A stretch of DNA of 63,979 nucleotides, counting the filler, from an uncultured Methanosarcinales archaeon (lineage in GTDB: Archaea > Nanobdellota > Nanobdellia > Woesearchaeales > CAZKBD01): NCBI GenBank assembly GCA_964550945.1. It is 6 parts of 6 records of this genome, joined end to end, with 100 filler letters (N's around TTAATTAATTAA, not from the genome) between each part and the next. Parts side by side here need not be neighbours in the genome. Positions count along the whole stretch, not along the records: positions 1 to 12,301 come from CAZKBD010000055.1; 5 more parts are not named here. The stretch is one strand, 5' to 3'. Of the stretch, positions 1 through 10,200 are shown one piece after another. Position numbers and translations under genes: made by a program. Numbering within the stretch: position 1 is the stretch's first letter; each line of letters opens with the position of its first letter. Below the pieces are notes generated by a model. That model saw nothing but the letters and a program-made list of their open reading frames with translations, had not been told where the DNA came from and searched no databases.

Positions 1-1
1 C

Positions 2-39
2 GGCATTCATCCCACAAATAAATTTGTGGGTATTCTGCC
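2..39. repeat. Imperfect hairpin resembling an IS200/IS605-family end palindrome (remnant)
   Basis: GGCATTCATCCCACAAAT-AA-ATTTGTGGGTATTCTGCC; partial echo TGTGGCATTCTGC at 61-73; no transposase in window. Confidence 0.45.
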
Positions 40-118
40 TACGATTTTATAAAATAAAAGTGTGGCATTCTGCAGATTTGTTAAAATATATTTAGAAGTT
101 CTCTGCGTGCAACAGAAC

Positions 119-232
119 TGTCAAGAACTGCGGACTGAAGTCCACAGCGTGCAGTTCTTGAGCATGATCAGAAATCGCTTGCTTACTCTGGGTTAACACC
201 CTTTGAGTGTGCGCATTGGCGATTTCTGACAT
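119..232. repeat. Modular double-hairpin palindromic element, copy 1
   Basis: TCAAGAACTGC..GCAGTTCTTGA-GCATGA-TCAGAAATCGC..GCGATTTCTGACAT; related copies at 19665 and 55452. Confidence 0.8.
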
Positions 233-252
233 ATCAATTTTAAGAAAATCTT

Positions 253-1503
253 TCAATGATAATGCGTCTCATTATCAAGCATCCACCTGGTTATAACCCT
301 TGTTTCATACTCATCAGGTGTATGTATCGCTTCATGGATCTCTACTTCATTTGCTTCGTAATCGTTAAGGTCGTCTCTGATGACCATAAAATTCTCTCCC
401 AGATAAGTATAGCCTAGAATGCCTCCCATGATTGAGATTGGAGCTTTGCTGACTGTCTTGTGAGGAACTAAGTTAGTGAAATCTTTCCTTTTTCTTTCCA
501 ATTCTTTGATGTACTCTGAATTTTTGTTGGTGTAATCCTCATCTCTTTTTGGCTTGTAACTGCTGAACACCTCTAAAGCGAGTTCTCTATCCTTATCAAG
601 CAACAGCTTTAAATCTTTTAACTTGGTGTTTTGTTTTTTGTTATCTCTTATTTTAGCGATCATCCTGTTTATCCTTTCTTTTTCTTCATCGCTTTTGTCT
701 TCCATCAATCTCTTTATTGATTCAAGGGCATCTTCTTCCTCAATCTTGTCTTTAGAGTTTATTTTTTCCAACAATTCTGACAGCAGCTTCATTATCCTTT
801 CTTCTTCAATAGCCTGTTCTTTATTATCTCTTGTCATTACAGTGTATCTCTGCTCTAACTCTCCCTCTTTGAACAGGCTTAGCACTAAATAATTTAATCC
901 AAGATCTGTAACATATCCTTGTGATAAGGTAACTGCATATTTATGGTCTATAGCAGCATGATTCCTTTCTGGTTTTTGGTCTAAAGATTCTCTAATGTGA
1001 TTGTCAACTGTCTGAGAATATAACATCAACTCTAACGAGCCATACAAATCAAATTTTCTGTCCTGCCTTGCTGCTCCTCTCTCGTCTCTGTAGCCTCTCT
1101 CAACAACCGGATCTGCTCTAACGCTATCTGGTTTATCGTTGTAAGCTTTGTAATCATATTGGCCTTGTTTTTTTCCACTCAACAATTTAATCGGATCTAA
1201 TGCTTCTTTTTGCTGTTTTTCCTGCTGCCCTAAATGGTTATACTGCTGCTGAAGCTTAGCCAATAACCCCTCATTAAACTGCTTGCTTAGAAGATTAGTA
1301 TGCTGGTCTTTTACCTCTTCAGTAGAATATCTGTTCATCCTTGCAGAGCCAGCATCTGGTGATATGCCTTTCGCATCATTAAGCACCTTTAGGGCTATAG
1401 CGTCAGATAAAGACATACCCTTTGCATGATAGGCCATAACCTCATCTGTAATCCCCTGGCTATTGCTTATCATCTGGCTTTGGCTATTGTTATATTGCCC
1501 CAT
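253..1503 (-). CDS. Hypothetical charged/coiled-coil protein with C-terminal HEXXH zincin-like motif
   Basis: 416-aa ORF; EVEIHEAIHTPDEYE near the C-terminus. Confidence 0.7.
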   Translation of the reverse strand: MGQYNNSQSQMISNSQGITDEVMAYHAKGMSLSDAIALKVLNDAKGISPDAGSARMNRYSTEEVKDQHTNLLSKQFNEGLLAKLQQQYNHLGQQEKQQKEALDPIKLLSGKKQGQYDYKAYNDKPDSVRADPVVERGYRDERGAARQDRKFDLYGSLELMLYSQTVDNHIRESLDQKPERNHAAIDHKYAVTLSQGYVTDLGLNYLVLSLFKEGELEQRYTVMTRDNKEQAIEEERIMKLLSELLEKINSKDKIEEEDALESIKRLMEDKSDEEKERINRMIAKIRDNKKQNTKLKDLKLLLDKDRELALEVFSSYKPKRDEDYTNKNSEYIKELERKRKDFTNLVPHKTVSKAPISIMGGILGYTYLGENFMVIRDDLNDYEANEVEIHEAIHTPDEYETRVITRWMLDNETHYH

Positions 1504-1534
1504 AACCTAGTAAAATACCTTTTTCTTTATAAAT

Positions 1535-2749
1535 CTACAGGTTAGGCCATCCAAGAAAAAATAGGGCTAAGGTAAATGCGAACAATATAGCCAATCCAGG
1601 CACAAGAAGCCTGTAAACCTTGCTGTAATCTGCTTTAAAATATTGTTGAGTTACTGATAAGCACAGGTGCGTTGGTGAAAGAAGAACTCCTAAATAACCG
1701 CTCACATAAGCCAGCATGACAGAACTAAGCTCTAAGCCAGATCCTGAATTTAGGAATGGGAGCAGTATAGGGAAACCAAGGCCAACATAAGCTATAGTCA
1801 TCCCTGTAAGAAACCCTATAAGCAAGGGGATTGCAATTATCAGGGTTGCTTTTGGAAGTCCAAGCGCAATAACTGAAGCTGATATCTTCCCGATAGCATT
1901 GCTATTTTCAAGGACAGCCTTAAAGAACATTATGCAGAAAAGAGTTAGAAATATATCTATCTTAAGGCTCTTTTTGAATAAATCTCCTAGCTTCTCTTTC
2001 TTTATCCTATTAGTGATAATCACCAATACTATTGCGATAGCTAAAGATAACGCTAAGCTCGTTTTGAATACAATAGGCAGCATTAAGGTAAACAATATTG
2101 GCCAAAGCCCTTTTACAATATTGTAGATATCTCTTTTTGATGCCTTATCTTGATTCTTGGAAATTCTTATCTGAAAAGCATAGAGAAAAAACCCCGTGAT
2201 CAAAACAAACAACATCACCGGAAGATTGATCACAAACAATTCTGCAAAGGTTATGCCAAGTATAGCAACACTTAGTATTGGGCCAGGGTATATAGGGTTT
2301 ATATATTCAGTTACATGCCTGAACCAGTAGTTGATAATAAGCTTTCTTTCTGGTAGAAGGCCAACTTTATTCCCAATCTCATCTACAAAGGGGGCAGATA
2401 ACATAGCTCCTGAAGGAGCAGGAACTAGGCCAATAATGAAGGGTATTGATATTATCACCAGCCTTGCCTCTTTCATCAGCCTTTCAAGCGAAACTAGCAG
2501 ATCCTTGAGCAGCCCTGCATCAGAGAGCAGATTGCTCAGATAAAACACAAAAAAGAAAACAATCACCAAGTTTAATGTTTCCGGGCTTATTATAGATTCT
2601 AGCAGGTCATTAAGGATGAGGTATCCTCTTCCAAAGAACAAGCCTGTCAAGATTGTGCCAGCCAATAAGGCATAAGCCAGGTTTATCTTCCTGGAGATGA
2701 GAACTATCATCACGATAAGGACCATCGTTATCTTTATCAGGTCAAGCAT
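1535..2749 (-). CDS. DUF401-like multi-pass membrane protein (transporter superfamily)
   Basis: Many TM segments; GLVPAPSGAMLSAP, NYWFRH and LSPTHLCL motifs. Confidence 0.8.
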   Translation of the reverse strand: MLDLIKITMVLIVMIVLISRKINLAYALLAGTILTGLFFGRGYLILNDLLESIISPETLNLVIVFFFVFYLSNLLSDAGLLKDLLVSLERLMKEARLVIISIPFIIGLVPAPSGAMLSAPFVDEIGNKVGLLPERKLIINYWFRHVTEYINPIYPGPILSVAILGITFAELFVINLPVMLFVLITGFFLYAFQIRISKNQDKASKRDIYNIVKGLWPILFTLMLPIVFKTSLALSLAIAIVLVIITNRIKKEKLGDLFKKSLKIDIFLTLFCIMFFKAVLENSNAIGKISASVIALGLPKATLIIAIPLLIGFLTGMTIAYVGLGFPILLPFLNSGSGLELSSVMLAYVSGYLGVLLSPTHLCLSVTQQYFKADYSKVYRLLVPGLAILFAFTLALFFLGWPNL

Positions 2750-2867
2750 CAGAAGGTATACTGGGAAATTGTTTATAAACCTTTTTGTAGCCTTCGTAGA
2801 ATTGTTATTCTATAATAGTGCTAAAACTTTATAAAACTACCAAATAATTAAGTGAATAGGTGGTTAA

Positions 2868-3671
2868 ATGAAGGTAGATATTCCGCAGAGGGAGAACCCT
2901 AATCTTAAAAGCTATTCAGAAGATGACTTAAGAATAGCTTATAAGTTTGCAGGTGAATTAAGAAAAGAGCTAGGCAATTTTGTTAAAGGGGTAATCATAT
3001 TTGGCTCCACTGCAAGGCACACTAAAAAAGAAAGAGGAGATATTGATATTTTAGTTGTGATAGATGACCTTTCTCTTATGCTGACTAGGGAGCTTGTTGA
3101 GGCTTATAGGATTATTGTGGAGAGGATCATAACACAGACATCCACAAATCTGCACATCATATCGTTAAGGTTTACATCTTTCTGGGAGTATATAAGGGAA
3201 GGAGACCCAATAGGCATCAACATATTAAGGGATGGGGTTGCTTTGATTGACACTGGCTTTTTTGATCCGCTTCAGGCATTGCTGAAGAGAGGAAGGATAA
3301 GGCCAACACAAGAGAGCATCTGGGCTTATTTTATCAGAGCCCCTAACACATTGCATAATTCAAAATGGCATATTATGCAGGCAACAATGGACATTTATTG
3401 GGCTTGCATTGATGCTGCCCATTCTGCCTTGATGAAATTAGGAGAAATACCTCCAACACCAGAGCATGTTGCTGATCTGATGCATGAGAAAATGGTTAAA
3501 AAAAAGCTCCTTGAAGAGAGATATGTAACTATCATGAGGAATTTCTATAAACTATCAAAGATGATTGCCCATAGAGAGATTCATGAGGTAAAAGGAGCAG
3601 AGTACGATAGATATTTTAAGGAAGCTGCTGATTTTGTAACCCGGATGAGGCAGTTCATTTCCAGTAAATAA
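2868..3671 (+). CDS. Minimal nucleotidyltransferase (MNT) fused to a HEPN-like domain
   Basis: IFGSTAR..GDIDILVVIDD; C-terminal helical YWACIDAAHSALMK..H. Confidence 0.8.
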   Translation: MKVDIPQRENPNLKSYSEDDLRIAYKFAGELRKELGNFVKGVIIFGSTARHTKKERGDIDILVVIDDLSLMLTRELVEAYRIIVERIITQTSTNLHIISLRFTSFWEYIREGDPIGINILRDGVALIDTGFFDPLQALLKRGRIRPTQESIWAYFIRAPNTLHNSKWHIMQATMDIYWACIDAAHSALMKLGEIPPTPEHVADLMHEKMVKKKLLEERYVTIMRNFYKLSKMIAHREIHEVKGAEYDRYFKEAADFVTRMRQFISSK

Positions 3672-3700
3672 TATATAGGAGGTAATTATTTCTTTATAGA

Positions 3701-4597
3701 ATGGATTGGATATTTTTTGCTTTAACTGCTCCTGTAATCTGGGCTGTTATCAATGTAATTGAAAAGATCTTTGTAAACAGATATATAAAGAATCCGTATG
3801 TTTACACTGCAATCATAAGCATAATCCTCGGCATTGGAGGATTGCTTATAATCCCTTTTAACGGGCTGAAGATGCCCTCACTTTTTGTCTTTTCTTTAGC
3901 TATAGCTGGAGGGCTGTTTTATGCTTATGCGTGCATCCCTTACTATAAAGCGCTTGAATTTGAAGAAGTAAGCAGGATAGTAGCTTTATGGAGGTTTGTG
4001 CCCTTGTTTACTTTGATCCTGGCATTTATATTTCTTGATGAGAGGCTTAATTTCTACAGCTATCTCTCTTTCTTCTTCCTTTTAACAGGCGGTTTTTTGG
4101 TATCAGTAAGAAAGATCAAGCACGCTTTTAAGTTAAGCAAAGCATTCTGGCTTATGATCCTTTCTTCGCTGTTATTTGCGATGGGGCTGTTATTAACAAA
4201 ATATGTTGTTAGCATCTATCCTTTTTGGGATACAAATGTGCTGCTAAGGGTGGGCAATCTGATAGGAGGATTGACATTGTTAATAAATAAAAAAACAAGA
4301 AAAGAATTTACAGCTACAGTCAGCTCTTTGAATCTTAAGATTAAATCTACATTAGTTGGAAATGAAGCATTAAATCTGGCTGCGATATTTGCCTCTAATT
4401 ACGCAATAATGATTGGCTCAGTATCACTTGTTACTGCATTGAGCTCAACACAGCCATTGTTTGTTTTGATATTTGCGATTATTATGTCTGTTTACATCCC
4501 AAAACTCTTAAAAGAAGAGCTGACAAAAAAGGTGTTGCTGCAGAAGATTATAGCGATATTATTGATGATAGCTGGCGTTGTATTTTTGTATTTGTAA
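3701..4597 (+). CDS. EamA/DMT family transporter
   Basis: About 10 TM in two repeats; YYKAL..EVSRI..PLFTLILAFIFLDERL. Confidence 0.9.
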   Translation: MDWIFFALTAPVIWAVINVIEKIFVNRYIKNPYVYTAIISIILGIGGLLIIPFNGLKMPSLFVFSLAIAGGLFYAYACIPYYKALEFEEVSRIVALWRFVPLFTLILAFIFLDERLNFYSYLSFFFLLTGGFLVSVRKIKHAFKLSKAFWLMILSSLLFAMGLLLTKYVVSIYPFWDTNVLLRVGNLIGGLTLLINKKTRKEFTATVSSLNLKIKSTLVGNEALNLAAIFASNYAIMIGSVSLVTALSSTQPLFVLIFAIIMSVYIPKLLKEELTKKVLLQKIIAILLMIAGVVFLYL

Positions 4598-4598
4598 A

Positions 4599-4763
4599 AT
4601 GGCCTTCGAAAAAGAAAAAAATGATTTTTTGAATAAGATAGATAAAAGCAAAAAGAAAAAGATAGGCAAAAAGATAAGCAAGCTAGTTGATTACATCAAT
4701 TCTTTAAACAACCATTACACAAGCTCTTCCTGCTCTGGAAGGATTTTATTAATTGAAGAATAA
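4599..4763 (+). pseudogene. taw3: Truncated N-terminus of tRNA wybutosine methyltransferase Taw3/TYW3
   Basis: 54 aa with DKSKK..I..LVDYINS..YTSSSCSGRI, then TAA; no continuation downstream. Confidence 0.75.
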
Positions 4764-4877
4764 TCAGAATATACTGGAGAGGCTTTGCAATACTCTGAGA
4801 AACATTAATTAGGTCTTTCTGTTTTTCCTATTTTAGAGTAGTAATATTTATATATCTGCGTGAGTTAAGGGCATTTT

Positions 4878-6341
4878 ATGGACAGTTTACCTCATCATGA
4901 GCTAACCAGAATATTGGATGATACGCCTGTAAAGAGCATTCTTGCCTCTTCTCCAGGAAAATGCCCTGTATGTGCAGAACAAACCGAAAATACCTCACTT
5001 AAAAAAAGGTCTCTTCCTAGAGAGCTTGTCGAGATTCCAACATGGCAGCTCCTTGCTTATTATGTGCATGCTAGGGTAAACACCTGCGGAAATTGCGGTT
5101 TTGCAAGTGGCGAAGCTGATATATTCAGCACTAAAAACAGAGCTAGATACACTGAGTTGGTAACTGCACCAGATAATTTTTCAGACAAGCAGCCGAATAT
5201 ATCAGAGAGAAGGAGAGTTCTAGAAAGCCAAGTAACTTATGCTCTTCAAGGAAGATGCGGAGAAGAGCTTAAAGAAATCTATCAAAAATTAACTCGCGCA
5301 AGAACCCAATATATTGTTGAGTCTTTAGGAAAACTCCCTACAGGAATCACTGAGGCCATCAGGAGATTGAGAGGAGCAGCAAGCATTAGCCCTAGATTAG
5401 CTTCAAGCTTTACTATTAAAGAATTGGAAGATATGAGACAAAATCCTGAATCAAGGCAGGCTGGAATGGAATTAGCCTTATTGCAGACGCAATTGGATCG
5501 CCTTTCAATATATGGATATATGTTTCGCACAGACAGCAATCTTCAGCAAATAGCTGAAGCCTCACATATCTGGGCAGGCTTATCTACAATTGAAAACCTT
5601 GTTTATGTTTATTCCACAGCAGTTGAGATGCTAGGCAAGGCTGGCTCTTCAGCAGAAAATGTAGGAAACCTAATTAATGCTATTTTTGAGAATCTAGGTT
5701 TAGAACCCAATTTGGATGTAGATGGCCTAGCTAAAAGAATAATGGGCAGTAAATTTGAAACCTATCATTTTTTTAGCCTTGGCGAAAATTACAGAAAAAG
5801 CGCGATAATTGCAGGCATGATATTATCTTCTCATCAAGCTCCAAATGAAGAACACCTAAAAACATATCCCACTTATCTCCAAAATGCGATTTTCTTTTTA
5901 GGATTATCCCTTGCTAATGAGCTGTATCCAGAATACAAGAGCATAAGCACTTCGCGAAAAGCAGTTCTAAATAGTGATGCTTCAACAAAGACATTATATC
6001 CTTGGGGTGAAGTGGGAATTATGTTTAGGCTATGTGAATCATATAACCAGCTGGTTGAGTTCAAGGAAGGCGGACATTCTGTCAGCCATTTACGTGGTAA
6101 CTACAGATTTAGTGCAGAGCAAGCTGCAGGCATAATATCAAAATACTGGGAATCAATCCACCAAAAATTAACCAGGCTGGGGTTTGGTAAGTTTGATGAT
6201 TCTCCTTTAGTAACTCAGCTTGTAGATTCAATGCGCCTATTTTATCCTGAATGCTGTGGCGTAATAAGAGGGCAACTGATGGAAGTAGTAAATAAAACAC
6301 CAACATATCCAGAATTGTATAGGGGACAGCTTCCAACATAG
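4878..6341 (+). CDS. Hypothetical protein with N-terminal Zn ribbon (DUF2225-like arrangement) and helical C-terminus
   Basis: CPVC..x..CGNCGFA; 487-aa ORF. Confidence 0.6.
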   Translation: MDSLPHHELTRILDDTPVKSILASSPGKCPVCAEQTENTSLKKRSLPRELVEIPTWQLLAYYVHARVNTCGNCGFASGEADIFSTKNRARYTELVTAPDNFSDKQPNISERRRVLESQVTYALQGRCGEELKEIYQKLTRARTQYIVESLGKLPTGITEAIRRLRGAASISPRLASSFTIKELEDMRQNPESRQAGMELALLQTQLDRLSIYGYMFRTDSNLQQIAEASHIWAGLSTIENLVYVYSTAVEMLGKAGSSAENVGNLINAIFENLGLEPNLDVDGLAKRIMGSKFETYHFFSLGENYRKSAIIAGMILSSHQAPNEEHLKTYPTYLQNAIFFLGLSLANELYPEYKSISTSRKAVLNSDASTKTLYPWGEVGIMFRLCESYNQLVEFKEGGHSVSHLRGNYRFSAEQAAGIISKYWESIHQKLTRLGFGKFDDSPLVTQLVDSMRLFYPECCGVIRGQLMEVVNKTPTYPELYRGQLPT

Positions 6342-6371
6342 AATTATAATAATCTGCACTTATACTCAAAG

Positions 6372-6452
6372 CATTAAATTTTCGTAAAATTTAATGTTCT
6401 TCGTAATAAGCAAACGCACTATCTGTTATTACGAATATTTCATGCGTTTGCT
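6372..6452. other. Intergenic hairpin plus H-type pseudoknot between convergent genes (3' end structure or terminator candidate)
   Basis: 11-bp stem 6372-6396; 6400-6409 pairs with 6426-6435; 6410-6418 pairs with 6443-6451. Confidence 0.55.
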
Positions 6453-6456
6453 ATAG

Positions 6457-7128
6457 CTATATCTCATCCTTGACATTCCTGATCAAATCAGGCATTATCC
6501 TTTTTTCAGCTCTTCTTAAGTGCTCCCTAAATGTTGACAAAGAGATGTTTGCTTTTTTTGCCAAATCCTTTAATTCAATCTTTCTTGGATAGTTGTAATA
6601 TCCAAACTCATAAGCAAGCTCTAATGCTTTCTTTTGGTTTATAGTCAAGTTAGGCATAACCTGAGGGAAATATATGTTGTTTAGTTTTGAGTTTTCCATC
6701 TTTAACAGCTTTATTTCAAAGTCTTCTTTTTCCAAATTCACAATAAAATCGCTTAATAATTCTTTTTTCCAGGAGCCGATCTCCCAGTATTCATAACCTT
6801 CTTTGTCCACAACCACCGGCTTAATAAAGAACGTTTTAGGGTTGTAATGAGTGGTAGGGATTTTAGTTTTTGTTGGAACTTTGTTAACAAAGAACAACGA
6901 GTTGCCTTCTATCTCAAGATTTTCAATTGTCTTGTCGTTCTTCAAATCTTGAATAAATTTTTTTATGTCTTCTTCTTTTCCAACCAAGGTTTCAAAATGG
7001 CTGAAATACTGGAATTTTTTATCACTATAACTATTAAACGGAACTCCAATCGAGATACAATTAAATCTCTTGCATCTTGAGCCGATAACGCAATCTTTGT
7101 GCCTTATCCTTAGTTTAGCAATCCACAT
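6457..7128 (-). CDS. HTH_10 (Bat-like) transcriptional regulator
   Basis: LTINQKKALELAYEFGYYNYPRKIELKDLAK..STFREHLRRAEKRI. Confidence 0.9.
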   Translation of the reverse strand: MWIAKLRIRHKDCVIGSRCKRFNCISIGVPFNSYSDKKFQYFSHFETLVGKEEDIKKFIQDLKNDKTIENLEIEGNSLFFVNKVPTKTKIPTTHYNPKTFFIKPVVVDKEGYEYWEIGSWKKELLSDFIVNLEKEDFEIKLLKMENSKLNNIYFPQVMPNLTINQKKALELAYEFGYYNYPRKIELKDLAKKANISLSTFREHLRRAEKRIMPDLIRNVKDEI

Positions 7129-7272
7129 AGCATACCGTAATAGTGCGGGGTTTAAATAGTTTGTGGTTTAGGCTGACCTATTGATTATAATTAAGAATTC
7201 TTATTTAAGGTTCATTATACAGTAGTAGATATAAAAACTATTATATACCCTAGACAATTTCTTTTGTGTGTA

Positions 7273-10200
7273 ATGAAATGGAATGGTTGGGGGGCACCAG
7301 ATAAAGAATATGGTCTAAGACATAATCCACAATTATTGGCACTGCTACATCAAACCCTGGGCCTTAGCGGAGAAGAGTCCCCTAGTACTCATTTTGAAGA
7401 TATTACACTTCCAGAAATTAGCATTCCAGGCAAAGTTATGGATATTATTAACTCATTTTTAACTGCTTCAACAACAAAAGAGCAAAGAATTCTTCATGCT
7501 TTTGGAAGAAGCTATCCAGACTTAATTAGGATTAGACATAATGAAATTGAACATGCACCTGATGTTGTTGTATTTCCAGAAACTACTAAAGAAATTGAAA
7601 GGTTATATGGCATAGCATCTGACTATGGCCTAAAGATAGTCCCTTTTGGTGGTGGTACAAGTGTTGTTGGAGGAGTTCAAACAACTTGTGAGGGAACCGT
7701 TTGTTTAAGTACTAGGGCTCTTAATAAGATCTTATCTATTGATGAATATTCTCAAACAGCACAGGTTCAGGCAGGAATATTGGGGCCTGATCTTGAAGCA
7801 AGACTTAATGAAGCAGGCCTTACACTTGGACATTTTCCTCAATCATTTGAATATTCCTCTCTGGGTGGATGGATTGCAACAAGGGGGGCTGGACAAGCTT
7901 CTACATTATATGGTAAGATTGAAGATATGGTTGAATCACTAACTTTATGCTCTCCTACTGCCACATTTACAACTAAACCTACTCCTGCTTCTGCAACAGG
8001 TCCAGATATAGATCAATTGATTATTGGATCAGAAGGGCAATTCGGAGTAATAACAGACGCTGTGCTAAAGTTACATCCTCTTCCAGAGGCATCATACTAC
8101 TGCGGATTTCTTGTTAGGAACTTTCAAGAGGGAATTGAAAGTTTAAAATATCTTATGCAGAATGGCGTTGTTCCAGCAGTTGCTAGACTCTCTGATCCAG
8201 AAGAGACAAGATACTTAGTAGAGATTTCTTCTGCTAAATCGGGCGCATTAAAACGTTTTGGAATAAAGGGAGCTATGCAATTTGCAAAACTGAGAGGATT
8301 TGGAGGCGATCCATCTTTGGTTATTCTTGGTTTTGAAGGTTCAAATGATCAAGTGGAATTCTATCACAAAAGTGCAAGATCCATCTTAGATGCATTTTCC
8401 CTCGGTAGATCTGCTGGAAATAATTGGCTAAAACACAGATTTGAAGCGCCATACTTAAGAGATGATTTAATCGATTTGGGTGTTATGGTCGATACTATAG
8501 AAACCGCAACAACATGGTCTAATCTACCTTTGCTTTATAGAGAAACAAGAGCAGCATTAGAGCACGCAATCCATTCTTTTGGCGTCAATGGCTCTGTGCA
8601 AACTCATCTATCTCATCTTTATAGAGACGGAGCATCCCTTTATTTTACCTACATTGCAAAAGCAATAGAAGGGCTGGAAATTGGCCAATGGAAAAAGATA
8701 AAGCAAGCAGCAACTAATGCAATAATGCAAAATGGAGGAACATTAAGCCACCATCATAGTGTTGGTACTGAGCATCTTCCTTGGATTGAAGATGAGCTTG
8801 GTTTAAGAGGTATAGAACTACTAAAGGAGCTTAAACGGAATTTTGATCCTGATGGGATATTAAATCCGGCCAAGTTAATTCCCCTTCAAAAGGGAAATGG
8901 CCTAAAAAGAGATCTGGAAGCAATGGCTAGAAATGACTATGATGTTCTTATTGTTGGTGCAGGCATTAATGGTGCTGCAATTGCATATGATGCTTCTTTA
9001 AGAGGATTAAAAGTAGCATTAGTAGATAAAGGCGATTTTGCAAGCGGTACAACATCAGCAAGCTCAAAGATGGCTCATGGCGGCTTAAGATATCTAAAAA
9101 ATCTTGAAATTGGTTTAGTAAGGGAGTCTCTAAGGGAAAGAAGAGTGCTAGCAGAAATTGCACCTCATCTTGTCTCACCTCTTGCATTTGTTATGCCAAT
9201 TTATGAAAATGGGCCAACCAGAATAAACAGGATTAAGCTGGGGATGAGATTATATGATAGGCTTGCTAGCAGGGGGACAACTCACCCGGACAAAGCACTA
9301 CCTACTCATAATATGCTAGGGCCTAACCAGGTAATGGAACTAGAGCCAAATATATTGCCTGATGGTTTAGTGGGTGGGGCATTATACTATGATTGCCAGA
9401 TTAGAAGCCCTGAGAGGCTCTGTCTTGAATTTATCTTATCAGCAGGTTCAAACGGAGCGGATATTGCCAATTATTCAGAAGTAGAAAAATTTCTAATCGA
9501 AGATAATGCTGTGAAAGGGGTTAGTGTTCGAGACCAGACATCTGGCAGGACATATAGGATAAATGCAAGAGTTGTTGTTAATGCATCAGGGCCTTGGGTT
9601 GACGAAGTTATGGGATTATATAACTTAGGGCATGCCCAAGTTTTAGGGGGGACAAAAGGAATACACATAATAACTCCAAATATATCTAATAATGCAATTG
9701 TTTTATCAACAAAAGAAACAGGCAGGTCTTTTTTTATTGAGCCTTGGAGAGGCCATAGTTTGATAGGAACAACAGATACTGAATATCATGATAGCCTGGA
9801 TGATGTAACAGCAACAAAAGAAGACATACAAAGTTTATTAGATGATGTCAATGAAGCCTATGATGTAAATCTTAAAATGAAGGATGTCTTATTTGCTTAT
9901 GCAGGAGTAAGGCCTTTAGCTTATGATCCAGATAATGAGAATACAGAAATCTCCAGAAGGTCTGAAGTACGGGAAGAAGATATACAAGGCATTATCACGA
10001 TTGTTGGTGGAAAGATTACCCCTGCTAGAAGTCTTGCAGAAGAAGCTACAAATAAAATTTTAAGGAGACTAAAAAGAAAAGCAAAGTGTCAAACAGAAGC
10101 CACGCAACTCTATGGAAGTACTAATAATCATTCTGGTTACTTAGCTAGGCAACTTCAGATGATGGATGGGAGAATTGATGAGGATATATTAATAAACCTT

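Noticed and set aside
4761..4810. Stop-codon readthrough or recoding of taw3
   Set aside because: Downstream frames show no Taw3 motifs, and other genes use all three stop codons normally.
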